From a virus (taxonomy: Duplodnaviria; Caudoviricetes): 64,000 nt of DNA. Positions 28,721 through 38,089 of this stretch are shown piece after piece. Each line of letters begins with the position of its first letter. Positions within the stretch are counted from its first letter, which is position 1. Where the stretch lies: IMG/VR virus record IMGVR_UViG_3300035491_000042, positions 32,001 through 96,000 of that record. One strand, given 5' to 3'. Made by a program: the position numbers and the translations under genes. The notes beneath the pieces are model-generated. The model was given only the letters and a program-made list of their open reading frames with translations, ran no database searches and was not told the DNA's origin.

Positions 28721-30256
28721 ATGAGTATTGAAAATAAAGCAAAGTACCTTCTTGAAACGAAGGTACTTCTACGCAATGCGATCAATCGGGTCGGTGGTAA
28801 TCTCTCCGCTACCGACCCTTTTCGCGCCTATCCTGAGCAACTAACAGCGGTCGACGAGCCCAATGTTCTTCTTGACTTCACAACCGGATATTTCTCCGTT
28901 GGGGCTGGGCTCAAACGTAATCGTGGTGGAAAGTTCTCTGATGTTCTAACATTCACTCGATCTACTGGTGCTGGTAGATATAACGAACTTGGTATGTATG
29001 AGTGGGTAGCTGCTGACACTCCAAGGATAAATCACAAACCAGCAACCAAAAGCACGAGCACAACAACGAATGTGATCGGTATTGGATCAAAGACGTTCCA
29101 GACTACCGTTCAGTATGCGGTTGGGACGCCTCTGTGCATTTCTTATGACCTCACAAACTTCATGAGGGGGGTTGTCACAGCCTCAACAGCCTCAACCGCT
29201 ACCGTTGACGTACAGTCGGTGGTGGGTAGTGGAACCTATTCATCGTGGACGCTAATCGAGACCGAAGGACTTCTGATTGAAACTCAGGAGACAAACGAAA
29301 TCGAAAGTAGTGAGTTTTCTGCTGGAATATCTGATGCTACTGGTGAGAATGCAAGTATTGCAGCATATACAGGAGACTTTGGTCCTCTTGGAACAACAAC
29401 TGGTATCGAGCTCACAACAGGTGCAGCAGAGTCATATGTTACCGTGATCCAATGGCTCACAAAAGGAACCAGAACAGCCTTTTCATTCTTTGTGAAAATG
29501 AGTAATGGCGCTCAACCGAATATCGGTGAAGACGTTAGTGATGATTTCTCTCTGATTGTGAACTCACTGGCAGTTAGTCAGAACGCGGGTGCCACTGTAG
29601 AGGTCGAGCCACTAGGGGATGGGGTATACCGTGTCTCTGTCGTCTTCGTGTACACCACACCACCGTTTGGTGATGGTCGCTTCGGCATTCGACGTGAGAG
29701 CGGACAGGAACTGAAGAGTATCTATGTAACTGGCTTTCAGGTCGAAGCTAGCACATCTGTCAGAAAACAAACTTCCTATATCAGGACGAGTGGAACAACC
29801 ACCACAAGAGCATCGGAGTATACTTCTCTTGCGAATGGTATATGGTTTAACAAGACCGAAGGAACTGTGTTCGCAGAAGGCTACGACAATAACGCTCAGA
29901 AAATCGTCAGCATCGGGACATCCATCTCTGATTATTATGCGAACGTGGGTAATGATATTATTACTAACACAGCAGAAGCACTAACACGAACTGGTGGAAC
30001 TGTTCAGGCGGATATCACTATCCCATTCACAAGCCAGATACCCAAATACGCGTATGCTTACAAAACCAACGACGTCGCATTTTGCGTTGATGGTTCTGCG
30101 GTGGGAACTGATACCAGCGTTACGCTACCCACAACAGATGCTGCCATGTATATTGGTACAGGTCTCGGAGTTAGCGTTATGGCGGGTGTTGTGAAGAGAA
30201 TCAAGTACATCCCAAGACGACTAACTAATATGGAACTACAGGAACTTACATCATGA
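28721..30256 (+). CDS. Fibre/spike protein, paralog 3
   Basis: N-terminus homologous to 25740 (KAKYLLETKVLLRNAI..VGG..S.TDPFR); FTRSTGAGRYNE.G.YEWV; IKYIPRRL. Confidence 0.7.
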   Translation: MSIENKAKYLLETKVLLRNAINRVGGNLSATDPFRAYPEQLTAVDEPNVLLDFTTGYFSVGAGLKRNRGGKFSDVLTFTRSTGAGRYNELGMYEWVAADTPRINHKPATKSTSTTTNVIGIGSKTFQTTVQYAVGTPLCISYDLTNFMRGVVTASTASTATVDVQSVVGSGTYSSWTLIETEGLLIETQETNEIESSEFSAGISDATGENASIAAYTGDFGPLGTTTGIELTTGAAESYVTVIQWLTKGTRTAFSFFVKMSNGAQPNIGEDVSDDFSLIVNSLAVSQNAGATVEVEPLGDGVYRVSVVFVYTTPPFGDGRFGIRRESGQELKSIYVTGFQVEASTSVRKQTSYIRTSGTTTTRASEYTSLANGIWFNKTEGTVFAEGYDNNAQKIVSIGTSISDYYANVGNDIITNTAEALTRTGGTVQADITIPFTSQIPKYAYAYKTNDVAFCVDGSAVGTDTSVTLPTTDAAMYIGTGLGVSVMAGVVKRIKYIPRRLTNMELQELTS

Positions 30257-30576
30257 CAACTTTTTTTGATTACTTTTTACGTTTTACCGATGAACAAGAA
30301 GCCCATGCGATCTTGGAGCAAGCTGGTTTCGAGGTCGTTCATGAGGTCGAAGACGAAGTAATTCGATCTTCCTCTGAAACGGCTACTGTATACCACGTTG
30401 GGATCCTCTCTGAAGGTGGTGAATGGGATGAAGACGGTACTGTGATCACTGAACCAACCGTGATCGAAGGTTGGCACGTGAACATTCGTCTTCGCGAGGA
30501 TATGACCGAGGAACAAGCTGCACTGTTCGTTGGGAAGATTGAAAACCCAGAAACACCAAAGGTGATTTTTGGATGA
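30253..30576 (+). CDS. Fibre-associated small protein (possible chaperone)
   Basis: D.FLRF.DE..A; GWHVNIR; PETPKVIFG; coupled to the fibre gene. Confidence 0.55.
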   Translation: MTTFFDYFLRFTDEQEAHAILEQAGFEVVHEVEDEVIRSSSETATVYHVGILSEGGEWDEDGTVITEPTVIEGWHVNIRLREDMTEEQAALFVGKIENPETPKVIFG

Positions 30577-31004
30577 AGATTCCATACTATCGTTTGAAGG
30601 TAGACGACTCTGCATTTGACGACGAGAGAGACGTCACAAAGCGCATCGACGCCTATCAGATGTTCTTTAACATCGTCATCAAAAGCGCATACGTGGATGA
30701 TGTAGCACTGATGGAGCATGAGAAGGCTCATGTTCGTTGGTGGTACTATACCATGTTCTTCTTCGCTGCAATCGGGCTTGTTTCTGGGTACTTCTTTTGC
30801 GAGTACGCATATCTTCTTGTTGCGATCTCTCCTTTCATGCAGGGAATCTTCAATCGAATCCCTCTCACCAATGGTTGGATGGAACTACCCGGATATATCG
30901 TTCAGGTGAAATACGCACCATCGTACTATGAGACTGCTGTGACACGGCTGGTTAATAAGTACGGAATGAACGAGAAGCTTATGAGAAAGATTCTCAAGCC
31001 TTAA
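30573..31004 (+). CDS. Hypothetical membrane protein with HExxH motif
   Basis: EHEKAH followed by hydrophobic segments. Confidence 0.5.
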   Translation: MKIPYYRLKVDDSAFDDERDVTKRIDAYQMFFNIVIKSAYVDDVALMEHEKAHVRWWYYTMFFFAAIGLVSGYFFCEYAYLLVAISPFMQGIFNRIPLTNGWMELPGYIVQVKYAPSYYETAVTRLVNKYGMNEKLMRKILKP

Positions 31005-31029
31005 ATATGGTACAACTGGAGTTTAAATA

Positions 31030-31854
31030 ATGCCGCAAATTGATAGAACGCAGATTCGCTTCATCCAGCGAGGGGAGCCTCATGTTGGTGAGGTTTACAA
31101 CCGCCCTACGGATGACCTTATTAAGCAAATCGATATCGTACTCGGTGAATTAGAAGGTAGTATCACAAACATCGCAACCGGTGGTATCTCTCCGTGGGAT
31201 GAAAACGTTGCATACCTAGCAGACGTTACCTATGCTATCGGTCCTATTTCTGGGGATATCTTCAGGGCAAAGGTAGACAACATCGGTGAGAACCCAGACG
31301 AGGATACGAACGAAGACTTCTGGGCGGTTGCATTTATCACTACCGAGTCCGGTTACACTCGGGTGCAGAGCGATGCTCGATTTTTACGGACAGAGCTTAA
31401 CGGAGCTGACGTACCAAACCCAGAAGAGTTCCGCAATAACCTTGGTATCATTTCTAACACCGACGTGATCGCCTTGGCACCGAAAGGATTCATCTCTTTC
31501 AATGGTGCAACTGGTATTGTTTATTCGTCTCGAAATCTGACGCTGACGAAGCTTGGGACTGGTCAGTATCGCCTGAACATCGCTTCTGGTGCTCGCTCTG
31601 GAAACTCGAACTATTGTGTTGTAGTCAGTGCGATTGATACTGGTGTCACGTCGCAGGCGTCGACACTGTCTGCTGGTGCCCACAACACAACAACCGCGTC
31701 TCTCAGTACTCGCTCTACAACATACTTTGATGTAAACTGTGTACTGCGTTCATCCCAATTGGCATATGCCGGTGGTAACGACGCTAACAATGCTCAGGCT
31801 CTGGCAATCAATCTCGCCGACCACGCATACATAAGTCTATCATTCTTCTGGTAA
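31030..31854 (+). CDS. Short tail-fibre-like protein with the shared anchor N-terminus
   Basis: MPQIDRTQIRFIQRGEPHVGEVYNRP; NGADV.N..EFR.NLG fibre motif; TAAATA at 31002. Confidence 0.65.
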   Translation: MPQIDRTQIRFIQRGEPHVGEVYNRPTDDLIKQIDIVLGELEGSITNIATGGISPWDENVAYLADVTYAIGPISGDIFRAKVDNIGENPDEDTNEDFWAVAFITTESGYTRVQSDARFLRTELNGADVPNPEEFRNNLGIISNTDVIALAPKGFISFNGATGIVYSSRNLTLTKLGTGQYRLNIASGARSGNSNYCVVVSAIDTGVTSQASTLSAGAHNTTTASLSTRSTTYFDVNCVLRSSQLAYAGGNDANNAQALAINLADHAYISLSFFW

Positions 31855-31865
31855 AATGGTGTAAA

Positions 31866-32375
31866 ATGGAAAAAGGAAAGCTGTATTACATATTCTTTCA
31901 GAGTCCAGCGCGGAAGGGTCGGGTAGCGTTCACCGTTTCCGATCAATCTGTCGATGAACTAAAAAAGGAGTATATCATCCCAAACAATTCTAAGACTCTC
32001 CTCATTGAATACAAAGATGAGCGAGAGATGGACATGGAATTGTTTCTCCTGATCTACAACTTGGATTGTGCGTTATTTGATAACGACGAGAACCCAACCA
32101 CCCTTGTCATGAACAAGGATATTGCGTTCGTTCGACACCTCCAAGAGATTCGAACCAAGCGAAACAAACTACTGTCAACCCTCGACGGTATTCAAATGCG
32201 TTACATGATGGCTGGGCGACATGATATTGTCAGCGAGATTGAAGAAGACAAAGCAGCGCTTCGTGATGTCCCAGATGATATTGACCTTAGTGACGTCGAG
32301 ACGATGGTTCAGCTTCACAACAAAATCCCAACTGCGCTACTGATCGACTACAACGAAAAGTACAAGGATCGCTAA
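31866..32375 (+). CDS. Tail fibre assembly chaperone-like protein
   Basis: IR.KRNKLL..LD......K.ALRDVP motif; follows a fibre gene. Confidence 0.6.
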   Translation: MEKGKLYYIFFQSPARKGRVAFTVSDQSVDELKKEYIIPNNSKTLLIEYKDEREMDMELFLLIYNLDCALFDNDENPTTLVMNKDIAFVRHLQEIRTKRNKLLSTLDGIQMRYMMAGRHDIVSEIEEDKAALRDVPDDIDLSDVETMVQLHNKIPTALLIDYNEKYKDR

Positions 32376-32376
32376 C

Positions 32377-32904
32377 ATGTTCATTGGTAAGAATCAAGTG
32401 GATATCGATCCACGCGTCTTTGCTCGCCTTGAGGAATTTATTGGGGACTTCCCTACGAATATCCCATGTAAGAACCTCGCTCACGCTCGGGAGCGTACTC
32501 TTTTCGGAGTTCATATCGATACCACTGTTGATATCCCTACCGCAGAGGGAGATATGGATATGAACGATTTGGGTCGTTCCATCGGGCTTGCTGTTGTGCA
32601 GCAGGTGGCAAAAAGCTTCCCCGGTAAGTGCGTCAACCCTTCTGGACATTGGCATTACCCGGCTGGTGGGTATATGGGGTGGCACACTAATTCCGACGCA
32701 CCATTTGAGCGGGTGTATCTGGTGTATTCTGAGAATGGGGACTCAATGTTTGCATACATCGACCCGGAAACAAACACCCCGGTGGTACACTATGACGATC
32801 CGGGTTGGAATGTCTACCAGTTCACCACACCGAAAGACCCATTGTTTTGGCATGCTGTAATGTCCCAATGCAATCGTTTCAGCTTCGGATTCAAGATTGT
32901 ATGA
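32377..32904 (+). CDS. 2OG-Fe(II) oxygenase / cupin-like protein
   Basis: YPAGGYMGWHTN..., WHAV.S..NRFSFGF (H-x-N...H...R-x-S pattern). Confidence 0.65.
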   Translation: MFIGKNQVDIDPRVFARLEEFIGDFPTNIPCKNLAHARERTLFGVHIDTTVDIPTAEGDMDMNDLGRSIGLAVVQQVAKSFPGKCVNPSGHWHYPAGGYMGWHTNSDAPFERVYLVYSENGDSMFAYIDPETNTPVVHYDDPGWNVYQFTTPKDPLFWHAVMSQCNRFSFGFKIV

Positions 32905-33215
32905 GCATCCATCTATTTGACGATGGTACTGAGCTTGATGTACTGGGTGATCTCATCCCGTATATCAAGATGAAGAAGTACAAGCCGTCTAATCTACCGA
33001 TTTTGGACATCAAAAATAACGGATTGGACATAGCATTGGACAGCCCTCGGTATTTGGCTGCTGATACCTCGTTCCCGGTCGTGGTGATGGAGAAGGATGG
33101 CGAATACCATCTCATTGATGGGCGTCATCGAACATTGAAGCTCCTAAATAAAGGCGAACACCAGATATCTGCGTACATCCTAAGCGAGTACGAGATTGAT
33201 TTGTTTCGAAGATAA
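32901..33215 (+). CDS. ParB/Srx-like domain protein
   Basis: P.VV.....YHLIDGRHR; ATG at 32901 overlaps the oxygenase stop. Confidence 0.65.
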   Translation: MSIHLFDDGTELDVLGDLIPYIKMKKYKPSNLPILDIKNNGLDIALDSPRYLAADTSFPVVVMEKDGEYHLIDGRHRTLKLLNKGEHQISAYILSEYEIDLFRR

Positions 33216-33232
33216 CATAAAGGAAAACAACC

Positions 33233-33868
33233 ATGCATATCATCCTAGCACTACTCACATGGGCAATCGCTTGCCTGTATCGCGTAACATTCATCGTTCT
33301 GGGGCTGTTCCTTCAGCCGCTGGCGATCAAGTTCGCAAAGAAAGACCTGAACAGTCACGTTCTGTTCACCCAGTACGCCGAACACGGTTACTGGTATCAT
33401 GTCACTGCGCCCAAGTTGCTGTACCCATGGGGTAACGCACGAGATGGCTTCCTTGGTGATAAACGTGGCTGGTGGGCGAACGAGCGCAAAGGCAAACACG
33501 AGAGCTTCTGGAGCAAGTATCTCTGGTCTGCCATCCGAAACCCATGCAACAACCTTCGCTTCATGAAGTTCTCTTCTGTCAACGTCTCTAAAACTACCGT
33601 TGAGCTCCTCGGTGGATTCAAGGAGGTTACAGATGAAGTCGGTAAGGACGGCTGGCAATTCGTTCGTGCTGTTCAGGATGGGATTCCATACTACGGCTTC
33701 AAACTGATGCATCAGTGGGGTAATTCTGGTCGAGGGCTTTATGTTTGGGTTGGTTATAAGATCGAACCAAAGCACAATGAACAATACCCAGACCCGATTG
33801 ATGACCCCTTTGGGAAGCAGATGAAAGGTCTAACTTTCCGGGTGAATCCTTACAAGGACATCTCCTGA
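33233..33868 (+). CDS. Hypothetical phage protein with N-terminal membrane segment
   Basis: Hydrophobic N-terminus; W.N..DG..GD, W.AIRNP.NN; AAGGA RBS. Confidence 0.55.
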   Translation: MHIILALLTWAIACLYRVTFIVLGLFLQPLAIKFAKKDLNSHVLFTQYAEHGYWYHVTAPKLLYPWGNARDGFLGDKRGWWANERKGKHESFWSKYLWSAIRNPCNNLRFMKFSSVNVSKTTVELLGGFKEVTDEVGKDGWQFVRAVQDGIPYYGFKLMHQWGNSGRGLYVWVGYKIEPKHNEQYPDPIDDPFGKQMKGLTFRVNPYKDIS

Positions 33869-33872
33869 TAAC

Positions 33873-33897
33873 AAACCCCTCCTTGTGAGGGGTTTTT
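33873..33897 (+). terminator. Intrinsic terminator
   Basis: AAACCCCTC-loop-GAGGGGTTTTT. Confidence 0.8.
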
Positions 33898-33932
33898 ATT
33901 TGTCCTAAATAGTTCTGATATGGAGAAAGAAA

Positions 33933-35576
33933 ATGTTCCTTCCAGTTAAAAAAGACATTACGATTTTCAAAGGAATTCAATTCCGAATGGTGTTTCGAGC
34001 TTCCACAAAGAACTGTGCTGCCAGAGATAACACCAAGGTTCCGGTGGACCTAACAAATTATGATGCATACATGCAGATCAGAAAGAAAACTTGTGGTTGT
34101 GATAAGGAACTGCTTTTTGATCTGAACACCCCTGTTTCATATATCTCTGTTACCGACCCAGCCAACGGAGAGGTCACGATCAATATCCCTCCGTCCGTAA
34201 CTGGTGATCTATCATTCACATGCGGCGAATACTGGATAGTCATGCATAGTAAGAAAGCTGATGAGAACTTCCTTCTTATGTATGGGGAAGTATCAACTAC
34301 TTGCCCAGTGACCATCGTGCCCGACTTCGTAGTCCCTGATCCTGATCCTGATCCAGAGCCCGAACCAATTGACGTGTTTCTGCTCTCAATCGTTGATAAT
34401 GATGGGTATTATAATCGCGAGTTGTTTCAGCAAGACAACCAGACGAGTCTTGGATTCCTATGTGACAGAAGTGTCTACATTGGTGGTGGTGCCATTATCG
34501 GCACACAGGTAGAAACAACCAGTGGTATGGCATATCACAGTATCTCCATGATTGATAGCACCACCGCTATACCTTCTATGATTATCGACCCACTCGGAAA
34601 GTATGGCTTTGCTGGGTATGGTCGGTATGTCGAATCTACCGATGGGGTAACTCCGTCTTTCTGGTCCATCGTTCTTATCGACGAGCGGGTCTATAGCATT
34701 GACTGTCGCCACGTTGTAGTTGCCCTGATCGACGGTGCGTTTCAAGTTCTACAAACACAGGACTTCACTATCGGAGATGAATCCGCAGCATCGACTTACC
34801 TCTACTTCACAGGAACCATGGACATCTCTCCAGATGGACAATATCTCGCTATCATGTATGAGGTTGAAGAGGTGTCTACTGGAAATCTGGCGGTTAGTTC
34901 ACATGTTTATGACCTTACGACATATACTGGAATGGAGATCGGACCGTATCAATTGGAAATGTTCACACCGGGACGAATTCTAGCCGCAGAACTGTTTTGG
35001 CTTTCTAAGCTAAGCACAACCGGTGAACACATTCTTGTTGTCTTCTCTATGGACCCAACCTCATATTGGGCGAACTCCGACTCTTTCGTTTTTAGTGCGA
35101 TTGGAGTGAGTGATAGCGGGCTTGGTTACTTAGATACAACCGAATATTACCAGTCTCTGCGTTATGTTGGGCCATTTGCTGATATTCGTCGCGTGACATG
35201 GCAGGATGGTGGGATGAATAAGGTTGCTGTTTATACGCAGCTTGAAAGTTATACGTCCAATCCACTGTTTGTTCTTGACTTTGAGAATGTCGAGTTCGAT
35301 GGGGATACTCGGACTATTAGTCAAAACCCAAGGTCCACTCCGACTTCGTTGAGTACTGACGGTAACCCACGTGTGGTTCCTTGTTGGAGTGTCGATAAGA
35401 ACTCGGTAATCATCGCTGATATCAATAAAGGCATCCGAGTTGCTGATTTGGTTGGGGAAACTGAGACTCTATATGATCAGTATCCAATAGTGCAGAATGA
35501 TAGTTTCTGTGGAATTCAAGCACTATCGATAACTAACCTACAGCCAGTCACGTGTTTAATACCGGTTGTATCATGA
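33933..35576 (+). CDS. Putative virion protein: Ig/BppU-like N-domain, Pro/Asp linker, probable beta-propeller
   Basis: VDLTNY.A.MQIRK...G.V.INIP...T; PDPDPDPEPEP linker; DISPDGQYLA; TAAATA at 33906. Confidence 0.55.
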   Translation: MFLPVKKDITIFKGIQFRMVFRASTKNCAARDNTKVPVDLTNYDAYMQIRKKTCGCDKELLFDLNTPVSYISVTDPANGEVTINIPPSVTGDLSFTCGEYWIVMHSKKADENFLLMYGEVSTTCPVTIVPDFVVPDPDPDPEPEPIDVFLLSIVDNDGYYNRELFQQDNQTSLGFLCDRSVYIGGGAIIGTQVETTSGMAYHSISMIDSTTAIPSMIIDPLGKYGFAGYGRYVESTDGVTPSFWSIVLIDERVYSIDCRHVVVALIDGAFQVLQTQDFTIGDESAASTYLYFTGTMDISPDGQYLAIMYEVEEVSTGNLAVSSHVYDLTTYTGMEIGPYQLEMFTPGRILAAELFWLSKLSTTGEHILVVFSMDPTSYWANSDSFVFSAIGVSDSGLGYLDTTEYYQSLRYVGPFADIRRVTWQDGGMNKVAVYTQLESYTSNPLFVLDFENVEFDGDTRTISQNPRSTPTSLSTDGNPRVVPCWSVDKNSVIIADINKGIRVADLVGETETLYDQYPIVQNDSFCGIQALSITNLQPVTCLIPVVS

Positions 35577-35737
35577 GAGCGAACGTATACGTAGAAACAG
35601 AGACAACCGAGCTCATCATCGAAGAAGAGGCACATACTAACCCGTATGTGTCTTTTGATAGCGGCGAGGTTATCACAGGAACCAATGAGCGAGGTGGTTC
35701 CCATAATACATACACGGTGGATATCGTAGATGAGTAA
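35573..35737 (+). CDS. Small hypothetical protein
   Basis: ATGA-coupled 54-aa ORF filling the gap before the endolysin. Confidence 0.45.
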   Translation: MRANVYVETETTELIIEEEAHTNPYVSFDSGEVITGTNERGGSHNTYTVDIVDE

Positions 35738-36305
35738 AAGATTAGTAGAGACTGATTACATAAACGCAGCAACGCGTCTCGGTGTTGATGTCGCTGCTGT
35801 CAAAGCAGTTGCAGAGGTTGAGAGTCGTAATGGTGGTTTTCTTCTCTCCGGTGAACCAGTGATCTTGTTCGAGCGTCACTGGATGCACAGGTTGCTCCGT
35901 AAGAAAGGCATCACACCGCCTCAGAATAGCCCTGTGGCGATGATTAAGGCTGGTGGGTATCTCGGTGGGACTCGTGAGCATAAACGCCTACAGGAAGCCG
36001 CTCTGATCGACCGTGAGTGTGCTCTGATGTCGTGTTCGTGGGGTTTGTTCCAGATCATGGGCTTCCATTGGGAATTCCTTGGCTATCCATCCCTACAGGC
36101 GTTCATCAATGCTATGTATAAGGATGAGGCATCTCAGATGGATGCATTCATTCGGTTCATTGAAAACTACACTGGTGGAAAACTTCACAAGGCGTTGAAA
36201 GAGCATGACTGGGCGAAGTTTTCATTCATTTACAACGGACCGGCATACAAGAAATACTCGTATGACAGTAAGATTGCTGCTGCATACAACAAATTTAATC
36301 GTTAA
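35730..36305 (+). CDS. Endolysin, N-acetylmuramidase (DUF3380-like)
   Basis: AVAEVES..GGF, ILFERH, SWGLFQIMGFH, F...YNGPAY...YD. Confidence 0.9.
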   Translation: MSKRLVETDYINAATRLGVDVAAVKAVAEVESRNGGFLLSGEPVILFERHWMHRLLRKKGITPPQNSPVAMIKAGGYLGGTREHKRLQEAALIDRECALMSCSWGLFQIMGFHWEFLGYPSLQAFINAMYKDEASQMDAFIRFIENYTGGKLHKALKEHDWAKFSFIYNGPAYKKYSYDSKIAAAYNKFNR

Positions 36306-36317
36306 TAGGAGAACGAC

Positions 36318-36590
36318 GTGAACTATATCAATGTAACACTAACCGCTGGCGTTTGGACTAACATGAATACTGCCAGTGGTATTGCTGCTGGTGCTGCTGT
36401 ATTCGTGAAGAACCTCGGTAACACGCTGGTTCGGTTTCAACAAGCAGCGTCTGAGCCCACTGGCGAAGTTGGGGATATCCTAACTCCGATGAGCCGTGCT
36501 TATGCACACAAGGATGTTCCTGCTGGTGGAGCTGCTATTTGGGTTAAGGCAGATTACGCTTGTGAGGTTGTTATTGGGGAGGTCGTGTGA
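36318..36590 (+). CDS. Hypothetical protein (small beta-rich, possibly virion decoration)
   Basis: GTG start with GGAG RBS; 90 aa. Confidence 0.5.
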   Translation: MNYINVTLTAGVWTNMNTASGIAAGAAVFVKNLGNTLVRFQQAASEPTGEVGDILTPMSRAYAHKDVPAGGAAIWVKADYACEVVIGEVV

Positions 36591-36634
36591 CGTAATTCCA
36601 CGATACTAAGTTGATCAAATGGGCGAAAAGTGTA

Positions 36635-36907
36635 ATGAAAAGGATACTACACAAGGTTTTCAATGAGCAGAAGTTCTTTCGTCGCCTGATTCTTATCTGG
36701 GTCTTAGTGATTCTGACTCATTGGTCGCTATTCATGATGAATGAAGAATTGCTGAAGACAATCAGTCCTGCCGGTGCTACAGTTGTTACAGGCATCTTTG
36801 GGATGCTAACAACAGTTATTGGTTTCTACCAGTGGCACAGAAAGGCAGATGACGACAAAGAGCGAGAGCTAAGTAAGAGAAAGGAGACAGAAAATGATTC
36901 TGAGTAA
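36635..36907 (+). CDS. Putative holin
   Basis: Two transmembrane segments and a charged C-terminus, between endolysin and spanins. Confidence 0.6.
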   Translation: MKRILHKVFNEQKFFRRLILIWVLVILTHWSLFMMNEELLKTISPAGATVVTGIFGMLTTVIGFYQWHRKADDDKERELSKRKETENDSE

Positions 36908-37361
36908 AGTGAAAGCATGGTTCATGGATAAGGCAGTTGTGATACTTCTCACGCTGGTTGTTAGCCTTGCTGGTGCGCTTGGTACTGTCTCGTATCTGTA
37001 CAACGAGAAACTGACTGAGAATGCTCAACTGCTCACTGAGAAGAAGAATCTGGCTGTGGCTGTAGAAGGGTGTGAGGCACGAGTTCGTACCCTACTGCTG
37101 ATCAATGGCGATATTGTTGAAGCAGATACAGTAACAGATACAGCCATTGATGATTCACATGAACAGTTCTCTGATCTGCTGAACACGATCAAAGACCTAC
37201 AACGAAAGAAAGACTGTGCTTCTCAGGTAATCCACGAGGAAACCACAAATGAACAAACTGAAAATAGTGACAATGATGCTGCTGATATCGATACTCTGTA
37301 CAGGGTGCTTTTTCACGCGCACTGTCTATCAGCAGGTTCCGGTTCCTGTGACGATACCTGA
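36894..37361 (+). CDS. Inner-membrane spanin (Rz-like)
   Basis: N-terminal TM segment plus coiled coil; overlaps the lipoprotein gene. Confidence 0.75.
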   Translation: MILSKVKAWFMDKAVVILLTLVVSLAGALGTVSYLYNEKLTENAQLLTEKKNLAVAVEGCEARVRTLLLINGDIVEADTVTDTAIDDSHEQFSDLLNTIKDLQRKKDCASQVIHEETTNEQTENSDNDAADIDTLYRVLFHAHCLSAGSGSCDDT

Positions 37362-37611
37362 GAAGTATTTCGCAGAGTGTGTCATGGTAGCACCAGATCC
37401 CGGTGCGAAGTCGAAGGATGAGCTTCTAACCAAGCTCTCCTTTGCGTATGTAAAATCAGCAGAGAATGTTGCGGAGTGTAATATCAAGAGAAGCACTGGG
37501 TTAGCTCTCCAACGTAAGATTGCTGCACGGATTAGTTTGGAGACTGATGATGGTAACACTGCTGATACTGGTGTGATCAGTTCGTGGTCTAAGCCGCAAA
37601 TTATTCCATAA
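37249..37611 (+). CDS. Outer-membrane spanin lipoprotein (Rz1-like)
   Basis: Signal peptide with lipobox-like LCTGC, Pro-rich; overlaps the i-spanin 3' end; GAGGA RBS. Confidence 0.8.
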   Translation: MNKLKIVTMMLLISILCTGCFFTRTVYQQVPVPVTIPEKYFAECVMVAPDPGAKSKDELLTKLSFAYVKSAENVAECNIKRSTGLALQRKIAARISLETDDGNTADTGVISSWSKPQIIP

Positions 37612-37654
37612 GCACTAAATAGTAATGTAACTTTTTCAACTAGGAGAAAAACAA

Positions 37655-38014
37655 ATGGCTGTAACAATCGTACAACGTACAATCGGTGGCGTCGAGAAAG
37701 ATGCTGTTGTGGTAGCTGGTGCCGCTGAGACTGAAGAAATTCTGCTCGACGAACAACTCATGGCTGCTGACTATAAGTTTCTGGATGAAGTAGATTCCAC
37801 TACCATTGAAGGTAATGAGAGTGCAACATTTATTGAGAAGTTTGCTGTAGCTGTACTTTCAATCGGTATCAGCGCTGTAGGCTTCTTTGCTGCTCGCACT
37901 CATCTAACTACCGAACTTCAGGCTGCTGCAAACAAGCGTATTGTTGCTGGTGATCTGGTAGCTGCCATCCAATCACTGGAAGATCGTGTTGCTGCACTTG
38001 AAACAGCGCCGTAA
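37655..38014 (+). CDS. Hypothetical late protein
   Basis: TAAATA at 37616, GGAG RBS, C-terminal coiled coil LEDRVAALE. Confidence 0.6.
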   Translation: MAVTIVQRTIGGVEKDAVVVAGAAETEEILLDEQLMAADYKFLDEVDSTTIEGNESATFIEKFAVAVLSIGISAVGFFAARTHLTTELQAAANKRIVAGDLVAAIQSLEDRVAALETAP

Positions 38015-38046
38015 AACCAACAATAAATAACAATAATAAGTAATTT

Positions 38047-38071
38047 GCGGGGCGAATAGCCCCGTCTTTTT
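38047..38071 (+). terminator. Intrinsic terminator
   Basis: CGGGGC-GAATA-GCCCCG followed by TCTTTTT. Confidence 0.75.
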
Positions 38072-38089
38072 GTTTTAAGGAAGTTAGAT

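Noticed and set aside
23599-30256. Possible diversity-generating retroelement or invertible cassette among the fibre repeats
   Set aside because: No reverse transcriptase or invertase in the window; repeats are direct and I saw no adenine-specific pattern of differences.
34335-34366. CCTGAT tandem repeat
   Set aside because: Encodes a PDPDPDPEPEP linker; not a regulatory array.
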